Origin: an uncultured delta proteobacterium
GTDB taxonomy: Bacteria > Myxococcota_A > Polyangia > Fen-1088
DNA length: 64,000 bases
Assembly (NCBI GenBank): GCA_963737265.1
Contig: CAVTRY010000014.1
Coordinates: 64,001-128,000, forward strand
Direction: 5' to 3'
Numbering within the stretch: position 1 is the stretch's first letter; the number at the start of each line of letters is the position of its first letter. Of this stretch, positions 1 through 9,683 are shown in pieces. A program made the position numbers and the translations under genes. Below the pieces are notes generated by a model that was not told the DNA's origin, ran no database searches, and saw only the letters and a list, made by a program, of their open reading frames with translations.

Positions 1-786
1 GGCGACGAGGCGCCGGTTTGGGATGTCTGCGCGTCGACTTACGCCGAAGCTCCTGACGCCCTTGCTGTGCGCGAATCGTCCGGCAAGGCGGCTGCGAGCC
101 TTCTACCGCTCGATTGGCGGCACGCCGCAGCCGAGGTGGAGGCGATGCTGGCCAATGCCTCGCAGGAAGGGTGGCGTCACGCGCTGTCGCTGGCACGCGA
201 GGCGGTCTGCCTGGGCGAGGCCGATGACTGGCTCTATGCCCGCGTGCAGGCCGCGGTTCGTCGCGCGCTTCTGGCGCTGGGCGAGGGGTTGCACCAAGCC
301 GCCGCCATGGCCAAGCCTGCGGATGTGTTCTACCTGCCGTTCGCGTTGGTGCAAGAAATCGCCGGCGGGAAGGCTATTCCGGTCACCCTGAACGCGGCGG
401 CGGGCGCGGGCAGGGCCGCGTGGGAGTGGGCTTGTGCACATCCGCCTCCGTCGCCGGTGGATGGTCGAGGGCGAGCGATGGTGCGTGGCTCGGGAACCGG
501 AGGGCGCGCCATCGGCCGCGTGGTCTGGCATCGATCCGGTCTGCGCACCCCGGTGGCGCTGGATGCAGTGCTGGTGGCAAAGACGCTCTTGCCCACCGAG
601 CTTCCGCTCATCAACGCCGTCGCCATCGTGACCGAGACCGGCGGACCGCTCGATCATGTTGCCGCTCAGGCGCGCGAACGTGGCATACCCGCGGTGGTTG
701 GCGCTGACGGCGCAAGCTCGGCGTTATGCGAGGGCGACGTGGTGCTGGTCGACGCCGATCGTGGCGTCGTGGTCCGCCTACTCTGA
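1..786 (+). CDS. PEP-utilizing enzyme mobile (swivel phospho-His) domain protein, 5'-truncated by the window
   Basis: Frame is open from position 1. C-terminus has GRAIGRV...VLVAKTLLP...AIVTETGGPLDHVAAQARERGIPAVVG...GDVVLVDADRG, typical of the PEP-utilizer mobile domain. Confidence 0.8.
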   Translation, partial: GDEAPVWDVCASTYAEAPDALAVRESSGKAAASLLPLDWRHAAAEVEAMLANASQEGWRHALSLAREAVCLGEADDWLYARVQAAVRRALLALGEGLHQAAAMAKPADVFYLPFALVQEIAGGKAIPVTLNAAAGAGRAAWEWACAHPPPSPVDGRGRAMVRGSGTGGRAIGRVVWHRSGLRTPVALDAVLVAKTLLPTELPLINAVAIVTETGGPLDHVAAQARERGIPAVVGADGASSALCEGDVVLVDADRGVVVRLL

Positions 787-1104
787 ACGTAGCGGAGCGG
801 AGGACGTAGGCGCGGCGGTGCGATCGCGTCCTCGATTCACGCGTTCGCGCAGTTCCTTGCCAACCTTGAAGAAGGCCAATCGCTTGGGTTGGACGTGGAC
901 GGTGTCGCCGGTGCGTGGATTGCGCCCCTCGTAGGCCTTGTAGTCGCGCACGGTGAAGCTGCCAAAGCCCCGGATCTCGATTCCGTCGCCCTGCTGAAGT
1001 GCTTCGGACATGCAGGAGAAGATCTGATCGATGAGCAGCTCCGCTCGAGCCCAGGGAAACTTGAGCTTGTCCGCAACCACCGCGATGAGATCGGCCTTGG
1101 TCAT
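778..1104 (-). CDS. ihfB: Integration host factor beta / HU-family DNA-binding protein
   Basis: MTKADLI...IEIRGFGSF...GRNPRTG...FFKVGKELRERVN signature. Confidence 0.88.
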   Translation of the reverse strand: MTKADLIAVVADKLKFPWARAELLIDQIFSCMSEALQQGDGIEIRGFGSFTVRDYKAYEGRNPRTGDTVHVQPKRLAFFKVGKELRERVNRGRDRTAAPTSSAPLRSE

Positions 1105-1139
1105 GGTTGGTTCCCGGTAATGTAGCGAAAATTAAGGGT

Positions 1140-2009
1140 TTAGTCGAGCGGGCGAGCGGGCAGCGGCAACGATGGATCGCCGCGGTAGCGATAGGACTTG
1201 AAAAATGTGTATTCCGTGCAGTTATGACGCGCATAAAAATCGATCACGTCGCGCCAGCCCAGCTCGTTCTTCTCGATGCCGTCCTTGATCTCGCGCCAGG
1301 AAAAGGTTTGCGCGCACAAGGCGCCTTTGGGCGGCGTATGGCCGGCGAAGGTGCGCGGATCGTACAGAGTGGAGTTCGGCGGCACGCGCGACACGTAATA
1401 CGCTGACAGGGCGGGCAGCTCGATGACCTCAATGCGGGACACGTCGATCTGCGCTTCCTTGCGATACAAGCACTCGGTGCGAAGAACTGTCTGTTCCGGC
1501 TCAATCGCGATAGCGTTGTGGGGAAGCTCGGCCTTCATCGCGCATTTTTGTTTGTCGGGCACCCAGGTTTGGATTCGGTAGGCCAGGAAAAGTGGCGTGC
1601 GATTTTCGATGCGCAACACCAGATGATCGGTACTGAGCGAGTGCCCTTCGATGATCGAGGTCTGCTTGCTGACTTCAAGTGAGATGCGCAGGTGGCGGGT
1701 TTCGATGGGAGCTTTGAGGCGAAGGTGTTGCTTGCCGTGAATTTCGTCGAAGTAGGGATTGGGCTGTTGCAGATCCTCGTAGGAGGGCGCGGGGATCTCG
1801 TACGACTTCGCGTCTTGCTCGGTGAGCGCCCTGTAGTAGATCACGGAGAATCGTTGCTCGGAGTTGATCATCTCGGACGGTGGCGGGGGCGGTTCCGGGC
1901 GTTTGGGCGCGGGCGGTGGCGCGCTCGCCGCATGCAACACGAGGACGCCGAGGGCAATGGCGAGGCCGCCGGAGAGCAACACTGCCAGTGCGAGCGGCTT
2001 GCCTTCCAC
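1140..2009 (-). CDS. Hypothetical membrane-anchored protein
   Basis: 289 aa ORF with an N-terminal TM helix, Pro-rich linker and Cys-containing globular domain; 6 bp downstream of serS. Confidence 0.7.
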   Translation of the reverse strand: MEGKPLALAVLLSGGLAIALGVLVLHAASAPPPAPKRPEPPPPPSEMINSEQRFSVIYYRALTEQDAKSYEIPAPSYEDLQQPNPYFDEIHGKQHLRLKAPIETRHLRISLEVSKQTSIIEGHSLSTDHLVLRIENRTPLFLAYRIQTWVPDKQKCAMKAELPHNAIAIEPEQTVLRTECLYRKEAQIDVSRIEVIELPALSAYYVSRVPPNSTLYDPRTFAGHTPPKGALCAQTFSWREIKDGIEKNELGWRDVIDFYARHNCTEYTFFKSYRYRGDPSLPLPARPLD

Positions 2010-2015
2010 GTTGAA

Positions 2016-3281
2016 TTATCCCAGCACGTCGATGCCGCCGAAGTAGGGTCGAAGTGCCACGGGAAGGTCCAGTTTTCCGTCCGCCCGCTGGTAAGTCTCA
2101 AGAACGCCAATCAGGGTGCGTGGCAGGGCCAAGGCGGATCCGTTGAGGGTGTGAACGAAGCGATTTTTCTCCTTGCCGTCCTTGAAACGAATCTTCGCTC
2201 GGCGGGCCTGGAAATCGCCGAAATTCGAGCACGAGCTGACTTCGAGCCACTCGCCACAGCCAGGCGCCCACAGCTCCAGATCGAACTTGACCATGGCCGA
2301 GAACGACAGATCGCCGGTGCACATCTCAACGACGCGGTAGGGAAGCTCGAGCGCCTTCAAGACATCTTCGGCATCGGCGAGCAAGCCCGCGAGCTCGTCC
2401 ATGGAATTTTCGGGCCGCACGAACTTCACCAGCTCGACCTTGTCGAATTGGTGACCGCGCTTGATGCCGCGGGTGTCGCGGCCGGCGGCCATCTGCTCGC
2501 GGCGGAAGCAAGCCGTGAAGGCCACATGCTTGATGGGTAACTGGGCGCCGTCGAGAACCTCGTCGCGGTAGAGGTTGGTGACGGGGACCTCGGCGGTGGG
2601 AATGAACCAGAAATCCTCGACGGCGTCGCGGTAGAGGTTGTCGCCGAATTTGGGCAGGTTGCCGGTGCCCACCAGGCATTCGCGGCGGACCATGTAGGGC
2701 GGCAGGATCTCGCCGTAGCCGTGCTTGCCGGTGTGCAGGTCCAGCATGAACGAGATGAGCGCGCGTTGCAGGCGGGCGCCCCAATTTTTGAGGATATAGA
2801 ACCGACTGCCCGAAATCTTCGCCCCGCGGTCGAAGTCGATGATGCCCCAGCGCGGACCGAGATCCCAGTGCGCCTGCGGGGCGAAGGCGAAGACGCGCTT
2901 CGTGCCTTCTTCGCGCACGACCTTGTTTTCGCCTTCGTCCTTGCCCATCGGCACCGACGGATGGGGCAGGTTGGGTAACTCGAGCAGCCTCTCGTCGAGG
3001 GCCGCCTCCTGCGCCGCGAGATCCTTGAGCAGCTGCTCGTTACGCTCTTTGAGAGCGGCGCCCTTGGCTTTGATTTCGTCGCGTGCCGCGGGCGTCGGCG
3101 CCTTGGCGATTTCGCGCGACAGGCGATTCTGGTCGGCCTGGATGGCTTGGGAATCGTTCTTGAGCCGGCGCACGTCCTCGTCAAGGGCGATCACGTCGTC
3201 CAGGTTCACGTCGGCGCCGAGCTTGCGCAGCCCCTCGCGGACATCTTCGGGTTTTTCACGAACGAGACGGATGTCGAGCAT
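2016..3281 (-). CDS. serS: Seryl-tRNA synthetase
   Basis: MLDIRLVRE, IPTAEVP, FRRE...RGIKRGHQFDKVE, EVSSCSN, HTLNGSALA motifs. Confidence 0.98.
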   Translation of the reverse strand: MLDIRLVREKPEDVREGLRKLGADVNLDDVIALDEDVRRLKNDSQAIQADQNRLSREIAKAPTPAARDEIKAKGAALKERNEQLLKDLAAQEAALDERLLELPNLPHPSVPMGKDEGENKVVREEGTKRVFAFAPQAHWDLGPRWGIIDFDRGAKISGSRFYILKNWGARLQRALISFMLDLHTGKHGYGEILPPYMVRRECLVGTGNLPKFGDNLYRDAVEDFWFIPTAEVPVTNLYRDEVLDGAQLPIKHVAFTACFRREQMAAGRDTRGIKRGHQFDKVELVKFVRPENSMDELAGLLADAEDVLKALELPYRVVEMCTGDLSFSAMVKFDLELWAPGCGEWLEVSSCSNFGDFQARRAKIRFKDGKEKNRFVHTLNGSALALPRTLIGVLETYQRADGKLDLPVALRPYFGGIDVLG

Positions 3282-3429
3282 GGAGGTGCCCGAGTGTACG
3301 ACGTTTCCGCGCCATCGGGCCAGTTCTAGATCTAGAGCGCCGAACGGGTTGAAACGTCACCCCAGCGAGCCCGTTCCATCGCTTGGCGTGACCGCGATGA
3401 ACTTGTGCAGGTGTTTCGTGCGCATGGGC

Positions 3430-3600
3430 ATGGTGCCCGCCTTCGGGAAAAGAACGAAGGCTCCCACTTGGCCGGAACGCAATGCGCGGGCCGGCCCTTC
3501 GGACGGCCCGCAAGTTCCCTACAGGCGCTTGGGGCTCCAATACCTCGTGGCGCGCCGAAAGGCCGCCGCTTCCAGTGCGCTGCGGTGGTCACTGCACCAT
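3430..3600. ncRNA. Candidate structured RNA in the serS-cheA intergenic gap (family not recognised)
   Basis: Terminal complementarity ATGGTGC/GCACCAT encloses several hairpins, including GAAA and CTTCGG loops. No convincing ORF in the gap. Confidence 0.3.
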
Positions 3601-3807
3601 TTCGAGAGGCGAGGATTGGGTTTTCGACCATCTCGCGCGGGTCGTCCGCTCTGCCATTCCTGCGTCGAGATAACGTGCGCGGATCGGCTGGACGGCACAT
3701 CTCATCGCGCAAAGTCGCCCTAAATTCGGCCCGTGCGACTACCTGCTCCCCATAAACGACCGGAAACCCGCCCAGACCGACGACCGCTTGGCGCCGTCAC
3801 GGCGCCG

Positions 3808-6021
3808 TCACGTCCTGGCCACGAACGGTCGAATGGTCTGCCACAGCAGCGCCTGGTTGAAATCGCTCTTGTCGATGTAGGCCGACATGCCCGCCTCCAT
3901 GGCTGCGCGCTTCTCGGGTTCGGTGCTGCGCATGGAGATGGCCACGACCGGAACATCCCTGGACGCCTCTCGCTGGCGCAGCGCCCGCACCAGTCCTAAA
4001 CCATCCAGGCGGGGCATGTCGATGTCGGTGACGACGATATCGACGCGCGCGTGCGCACCGAACAGGGCCAGTGCTTCTTCCCCGTCGCCCGCCACGAGGA
4101 CGTGTAGTCCATGGGCGCGCAGCGCCTGCGCGATGATGTCGCGGACCACCGGCGAATCATCGGCGACGAGAGCGGTCCAGCGCGGCCCGCGACTGTCCCT
4201 GGCACCGGTCAGGGACGCGTTGGTTTTGCCGCGCGCCCGTGCCAGCAGCACCAACTCCGCCGTCTTGAGCACGAGCGCCAGCGCCCCTTCCTCGAGGCTG
4301 ACCGCGGCCGGCACCAGCGGCTGGTTCGCGAAGAATCGCCCCAAGGGCTTCAGCATCACCTCGCGCTCCAAATGGCCCGTGGTCCTGGTCAACGCCACCA
4401 GGTCGGCGCCACTTTGCGCGATGAGGATACGCGCGTTCGACCCCAGCACATCGGGCTCGTCGAGCACGTCGCCCAAATCGACCACCGGCACGAGTGCGCC
4501 CGCGTAGCGCACGAACGTCCCGTCTGGCCCTTCGCTTCGTTCCATGGTGCTCGTTTCGACCAGACCGCGCACCGAAGCGGCGGGAAGCGCGTACCACGCC
4601 ATCCCGACACGAAACAACACCACGCGCGTGATGGCCACGGTAAGCGGGACCTCGATGTCAAAGGTTGTGCCGCGCCCCAAGTGGGTCCGCACCTCGATCT
4701 TTCCACCGAGGTTTTCCGCCACGTCGAGCACGATGTTGAGCCCGATGCCGCGTCCGGAAACCTCCGAAACCTCGTCGCGGGTCGAGAATCCCGCCACGAA
4801 GACCGTGCGAAGTATCTCATCATCGGTCGCTGCCGCGGCGACGGCTTGGTCGAGCAGGCCGGTCGCAACCCCGCGCCTGCGCACGGATTCCACGTCGATT
4901 CCCCGTCCGTCGTCGGAGACTTGCAAACTCAGGCGTTGACCGACCAGACCTGCGACGATGCGCACCGTGGCCTCAGGCGTCTTGCCTGCCTGCACGCGCT
5001 CGTGCGGCGACTCGATCCCGTGGTCAACCGCATTGCGGAGAAGGTGGAGCAGAGGTTCCTCCAGCATTTCCAGCAATGCCTTGTCGACCTCGACCTGTTC
5101 GCCGACGGTTTCGAAGCGGACTTGGCGGCCGAGCGACCGCGCGAGCTGGCGCAGTGGCATGGGGAAGCGCTCGAGCAATGTTCCGAGGGGAATCATGCGC
5201 AAGTCGCGCGTGGTGCTATCGAGCTCTCCTATCAGACGCTCGAGATCGTGCGTCTCCTCGCGCAGGTGCGATTCGATTCCCGAGAGATCGGCCAGCAGGC
5301 CGGCCCAGACGGCGGCATCCTGCTCGCCGACTGCCGCCGAGCGCCCGTACTGCATTTCCTGCGCTGATTCGCGCAGCCGACGGGCGGCACGCGTCAGTTG
5401 TCGCCAGCGCACATTCGACAGCAGCAAATCGGAGACCATGCTTCGCAGGCTGTCGATCTTGTCGCTCTTGATGCGAATCGAGTTCTCTTTGCGCGTGACC
5501 ACCGGCGCCGCCGAAGAGTCGTCGGCCACAGCCTGCCAGGTCGACGAGACCGCCGAGGAGGGCGAGAGCGGCGTACGGCCCGAGCTCTTCGCTGGTCGTG
5601 AATTCGGGGCCGGCTCCGCGGTTCCACCCAAGAGAACATCAACCCTGGTCAAGAAGGCGTCCGCTTCGGGCGAAGTCGACTCGGGCGCGCCCTGGGCAAG
5701 GCGAAGGATGATATCGAGGCCAACCAGGATCAAATCGCCCGGATCGCCCCGATCGCCGTCGCCTTCGACCGGCGTGGTACCTCGGGCATGAATCGCCTTC
5801 ACGTAATCTTCCATGGCGTGCACCAATTTCGACGCCACCGCGAACCCGGTCAGGCCGGCCTCGCCCTTGAGGGTGTGGGCCTCGCGCAGGAAGGCCGCAG
5901 GATCTCCCGCCGATCGTTCAACCTCAATCCACAGCAAATTCAGCTTTGCGATGCGCTCGGCAGCCACCTGACGAAACATGTCGAGGCGCTTTTGCCTTCT
6001 GGCTTCGTGATCGACGGCCAT
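3808..6021 (-). CDS. cheA: Hybrid CheA-REC chemosensory kinase (FrzE-like)
   Basis: HPt (REAHTLKG), HLLRNAVDHGIE, DDGRGID, GFST...SGRGIGL, CheW domain and C-terminal REC (LVADDS...TDIDMPRLDG). Confidence 0.93.
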   Translation of the reverse strand: MAVDHEARRQKRLDMFRQVAAERIAKLNLLWIEVERSAGDPAAFLREAHTLKGEAGLTGFAVASKLVHAMEDYVKAIHARGTTPVEGDGDRGDPGDLILVGLDIILRLAQGAPESTSPEADAFLTRVDVLLGGTAEPAPNSRPAKSSGRTPLSPSSAVSSTWQAVADDSSAAPVVTRKENSIRIKSDKIDSLRSMVSDLLLSNVRWRQLTRAARRLRESAQEMQYGRSAAVGEQDAAVWAGLLADLSGIESHLREETHDLERLIGELDSTTRDLRMIPLGTLLERFPMPLRQLARSLGRQVRFETVGEQVEVDKALLEMLEEPLLHLLRNAVDHGIESPHERVQAGKTPEATVRIVAGLVGQRLSLQVSDDGRGIDVESVRRRGVATGLLDQAVAAAATDDEILRTVFVAGFSTRDEVSEVSGRGIGLNIVLDVAENLGGKIEVRTHLGRGTTFDIEVPLTVAITRVVLFRVGMAWYALPAASVRGLVETSTMERSEGPDGTFVRYAGALVPVVDLGDVLDEPDVLGSNARILIAQSGADLVALTRTTGHLEREVMLKPLGRFFANQPLVPAAVSLEEGALALVLKTAELVLLARARGKTNASLTGARDSRGPRWTALVADDSPVVRDIIAQALRAHGLHVLVAGDGEEALALFGAHARVDIVVTDIDMPRLDGLGLVRALRQREASRDVPVVAISMRSTEPEKRAAMEAGMSAYIDKSDFNQALLWQTIRPFVART

Positions 6022-6027
6022 TGCGCC

Positions 6028-7365
6028 CTACTCCTTGCGCGACGCCGCTGCATTGTCAGCCGGGGTCGGCGGAATACGCTGCTCGTCGGCGCGCGATTGT
6101 CTAAGCGTATCGTTGCTTCCCACCAACCGATCGAGCCGCAAGGCCGCGCTTACCAGATCCGACGCAGTCGACGCAGTTTGGCGCGTGTTCGTTATGGCTT
6201 CGGCGACGGTGGCGGCCATATCATCCATGCTGTGGCCAACTTGTTCGGTGGCCTTGCGCTGCTGCTGGGTCACCAGGGCGATGTCGCGCGCCGACCGCGT
6301 CGTCTCCTCCGAGAGGGCAATGCCTTCCTGTCCTGCCTGCACCGCGGACTGGGAGGCTGCGCGCATGCCGGTCATGAGTCGCCGAATCCCGGCCACTGAC
6401 TCCATTACACTCTCGGCCAAGCGCCGCATCTCCGCCGCCACCAAGGTGAAGCCGCGTCCAGCTTCTCCGGCCTTGGTTCCCTCGAGAGCGGCATTGAGCG
6501 CGAGCAGGTCGGTGCGATCGGCAACCTGCATGATGGTGGCGAGAATCTCCGCCACCTTCTCGGCGTGGCTGTTCAGTTCCTTGATCCGGTGGGCGACGTC
6601 CCGGTTTCCATTCACCGTGCGTTCGGCATTGCCGAGCACCGCCAACGAGCTTTCAGTGATCTGTTGTGCCGACGCAAGCACCACGTCCATCGTTCCGCGC
6701 GTCTCGTCGATGGCCAACACCTGGTGACGGCTGGCGCTTTCTTGGCTGAGGGCCATCCCCGCCAAATCCCGCGAAAGCTGTGTCAGACGCGCCGCTAGGT
6801 CGAGCATGGGACGAGCGACGGTGCCGGATACGACCCACGCGACCAGGAATCCGATGAGTAAAATCGCCGCGCTGAATACCACGACGGTGCGCGTGCTCGT
6901 CTGGATCTCCTGGTCGATCGACTGGCGGGAAAAACCCGCGACCAGGGTACCCAAAAGCTTGCCATTCGACCGGATGGGTTCGAGCGCTTGCACAAGATCG
7001 CCCCTGGTCTCGACGCGCGTGACGTCCGAGGTTTCGAGCGACTCGTTTCCGGGCCGACTACGGGCCTCGCTGTGGCGAAGGTAGACTGTTCCGTCGTTCT
7101 TGAGCACGGCGACATAGAGGAGATCCTTGTGGCCCTTGATGGCCGCCAAGGCGTTTTCGGCCTGGGATTTGTCGAGGTCGAGATCTACCGCGGGAGCCAC
7201 CAGATTGGCCAGAATGATGGCGATCCCCTTGGCGCGCGTCTCGAGCGCTTGCGATGCGATGGCTTCTTGTCGATGAATCAGATACCAGGCAAAAACCAGG
7301 GTAAAGGCCACGAACAGCGCCGTGAAGGTGAGTACGAGCCGGGCCTGCAATCCGAGTGTCTTCAT
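6028..7365 (-). CDS. Methyl-accepting chemotaxis protein, two TM helices, short signalling domain
   Basis: LLALNAALEGTKAGEAGRGFTLVAAEMRRLAE hairpin tip. Start placed at ATG 7365, overlapping the cheW stop (ATGA). Confidence 0.9.
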   Translation of the reverse strand: MKTLGLQARLVLTFTALFVAFTLVFAWYLIHRQEAIASQALETRAKGIAIILANLVAPAVDLDLDKSQAENALAAIKGHKDLLYVAVLKNDGTVYLRHSEARSRPGNESLETSDVTRVETRGDLVQALEPIRSNGKLLGTLVAGFSRQSIDQEIQTSTRTVVVFSAAILLIGFLVAWVVSGTVARPMLDLAARLTQLSRDLAGMALSQESASRHQVLAIDETRGTMDVVLASAQQITESSLAVLGNAERTVNGNRDVAHRIKELNSHAEKVAEILATIMQVADRTDLLALNAALEGTKAGEAGRGFTLVAAEMRRLAESVMESVAGIRRLMTGMRAASQSAVQAGQEGIALSEETTRSARDIALVTQQQRKATEQVGHSMDDMAATVAEAITNTRQTASTASDLVSAALRLDRLVGSNDTLRQSRADEQRIPPTPADNAAASRKE

Positions 7366-7838
7366 GGTTCGACCTGTTCCGACAGCGAGAAGATTCCGGC
7401 GAGCTGCGCCGCGGACGCAACCAGGATTGGAACGTCGAGCAGGTAGACCCGGTTTCCCTTCCAATCAAACTCCTCGCCCACGAATCCCGGCAAATCGATC
7501 GACCGTTGGGGAGCGAGCTCGGGTGCGACCACGTGCTCGACCATGCCGTGAATCTGCTCCGCGACCACGGCCATTTCGCACGTCTCGTCGCGCACAACCA
7601 CCAGACGCGGCAGGGTCGTGCTTTTTTCCTGGGCGAGCGGCACCGCTCCTCCGACCATCTGTTCCAAGCTCACGACGGTCACGAGACGACCACGCAGGCA
7701 AGTGACGCCGAGGACGTGGCTGGGCGACGTCGGCACGCGCGTGACGGCGCCCTTCAAGGCAACTTCGACAATCGTCCTGACATCGAGCGCGAACCACCTG
7801 ATTCCCAGGCGCAGAAGCATGATCTGAATCAAGCCCAT
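7362..7838 (-). CDS. cheW: CheW coupling protein
   Basis: VTRVPTSPSHVLGVTCLRGRLVTVV motif; operonic with the MCP and cheA. Confidence 0.9.
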   Translation of the reverse strand: MGLIQIMLLRLGIRWFALDVRTIVEVALKGAVTRVPTSPSHVLGVTCLRGRLVTVVSLEQMVGGAVPLAQEKSTTLPRLVVVRDETCEMAVVAEQIHGMVEHVVAPELAPQRSIDLPGFVGEEFDWKGNRVYLLDVPILVASAAQLAGIFSLSEQVEP

Positions 7839-8032
7839 CTCCGACCCAGGGTCACGGCTTCGCCCGCGACGGCGCGCAGATCCGCGGCGATCTGCCGCGC
7901 GACATCCGGCGTGGGCTTGGCGATCGACGCCGTGTCGGTGGCGGCCTTTTCGCGCGCGGTCATGAGCAAACGTGACAGTGGAGACTCGCTAGGCATAGTC
8001 CTTGGCCCGTCCATCGGCGGCTTCGCGGCCAA
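7829..8032 (-). CDS. Small hypothetical protein, possible first gene of the che operon
   Basis: 67 aa ORF overlapping the cheW start; no motif recognised. Confidence 0.35.
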   Translation of the reverse strand: MAAKPPMDGPRTMPSESPLSRLLMTAREKAATDTASIAKPTPDVARQIAADLRAVAGEAVTLGRRWA

Positions 8033-8174
8033 CCCTTAGGAGCTCAAGAGCAACCGCCGAATGGTCGATAGTGCGACGAGGGTCCGACCTCGTTGTTGGG
8101 CGAGAAAAGACAGCCATGTTTCATCATGCCCGAAAGACAGCGCGGGCCGGCCGCCTGGCCGAAGGCGGTGGTCG

Positions 8175-9539
8175 GTGAGCAACGACGACCCGTTCTGCAC
8201 GCTCACCGATCGGCTGCTGGACAGCGCGCGGCCAGCGGCACGTGGGCGACTGTCTTTTCTGCGTTCGACCCAGGAAACCGCCAGCCCGCCGGGAAGAATC
8301 CTTCTTCTCGACGACTCCGCCATCGTACTCGACACAGTCTCGGCCTTCTTGGAAGAAATGGGCTGGACGGTTCTCACGAGCCAGAACGGTGCCGAGGCGC
8401 TGAAGCTGATTTCAACCTTGGAGATCGAGCTCGTGATCTCGGATCTCAACATGCCCGACATGAGCGGCCTCGACGTATTCCGCCGCGTCTTCGCCATGGA
8501 TCCCACGCTTCCCGTGGTCATCCTCAGCGAGGAGGGCGACATAACCCAGGTCCTCGAATCGGTCCACGCCGGCGTCTTCGACTTCGTTCCCAAATCCGAC
8601 CACGCGCGCATGTTGCCCGCGGCGGTCACGCGCGCTGTGGCCCATCGGCGCGTGCTGCGCGAAAATCAGCGTCTGTCGCAAGACCTCATGCGCAGCAACG
8701 AGGGCCTCGAGCGCCGGGTTGCCGAGCAGGCTCGCCTGTTGGAGGAGCGCCTCCGCCGCGAAGCCGATCTCGAAAGGGAAGCTGCTTTAGCGCCGTTGCG
8801 CAAAGAAGTGGAGATCGCGCGGCGGATTCAGACCTCGATTCTGCCCACGGAACACGCGGTTCACGGGCTGCAAATCGCGGCGAAGATGGTGACCGCATCC
8901 GAAGTCGGCGGTGACTACTACGACGTTCGCCCCATCGACGACGGATGTTGGCTTGGCATCGGCGACGTCGCTGGACACGGCCTCGAAGCCGGTCTGGTCA
9001 TGCTTATGATTCAAAGCGGGCTGTCGTCGCTCATCTTGCACGACCCGAATGTGCTGCCACACCAGATCCTGCCCGCGCTTAACCAAATGCTGTACGAGAA
9101 CCTACGTCGGCGCATGGGCCGGGACGATCACGCGACCTTGACCATGCTGCGGTTCTTCTCGGACGGCCGGCTGGTGTACGCGGGAGCCCACGAGGACATT
9201 GTCGTGTGCAGCAGGATCGGAGAGGTCCGAACCGTGCCCACCCACGGAACCTGGGTCGGCATCAGTCCCGATATCAGCCACGATTTGGAAAGTCGGTCGA
9301 TCCAGCTCGCGCCAGACGATCTCGTGGTGCTTTACACCGATGGAATTCCCGAGGCCCGGCGCGGCCGCGAATGTTTCGGAATGCCCCGTCTGATTGCCGC
9401 GGTCGAGCGATTCCACGCCCAACCCGTCGAAGACGTTGTCACCGGTATCCTGCACACCGTGCTCGATTACAATTCAGGCGTTCTGCAAGACGATGCCACC
9501 CTGCTCGTGCTGCGCTACCATCCTGCCACCGGACCGTAG
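8175..9539 (+). CDS. Response regulator-PP2C (SpoIIE/RsbU-type) phosphatase
   Basis: REC (ILLLDDS...SDLNMPDMSG), coiled coil, then EVGGDYYD, IGDVAGHG, LYTDGI, DDATL. Start uncertain (ORF open from 8061). Confidence 0.9.
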   Translation: MSNDDPFCTLTDRLLDSARPAARGRLSFLRSTQETASPPGRILLLDDSAIVLDTVSAFLEEMGWTVLTSQNGAEALKLISTLEIELVISDLNMPDMSGLDVFRRVFAMDPTLPVVILSEEGDITQVLESVHAGVFDFVPKSDHARMLPAAVTRAVAHRRVLRENQRLSQDLMRSNEGLERRVAEQARLLEERLRREADLEREAALAPLRKEVEIARRIQTSILPTEHAVHGLQIAAKMVTASEVGGDYYDVRPIDDGCWLGIGDVAGHGLEAGLVMLMIQSGLSSLILHDPNVLPHQILPALNQMLYENLRRRMGRDDHATLTMLRFFSDGRLVYAGAHEDIVVCSRIGEVRTVPTHGTWVGISPDISHDLESRSIQLAPDDLVVLYTDGIPEARRGRECFGMPRLIAAVERFHAQPVEDVVTGILHTVLDYNSGVLQDDATLLVLRYHPATGP

Positions 9540-9544
9540 CGCTC

Positions 9545-9578
9545 CAGGCTTCGGGCTTCAGGCTTCGGGCTTCAGGCT
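9545..9578. repeat. Heptamer tandem repeat, (CRGGCTT) about x5
   Basis: caggctt cgggctt caggctt cgggctt caggct immediately after the PP2C stop, between convergent genes. Confidence 0.8.
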
Positions 9579-9683
9579 GTCTGGTCGAGAGCGGCGATCT
9601 TCATCTACCCGCGGCTCTGTGCTTGCGACCCGATGGTTTGCTGGATCTCGACGCACACGCCTGCACTGAAACCTGTAGCCTCA

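Noticed and set aside
3282-3807. T-box leader or tRNA-Sec next to serS
   Set aside because: No T-box GGTGG-ACC consensus and no cloverleaf with a TTCGA arm found on either strand.
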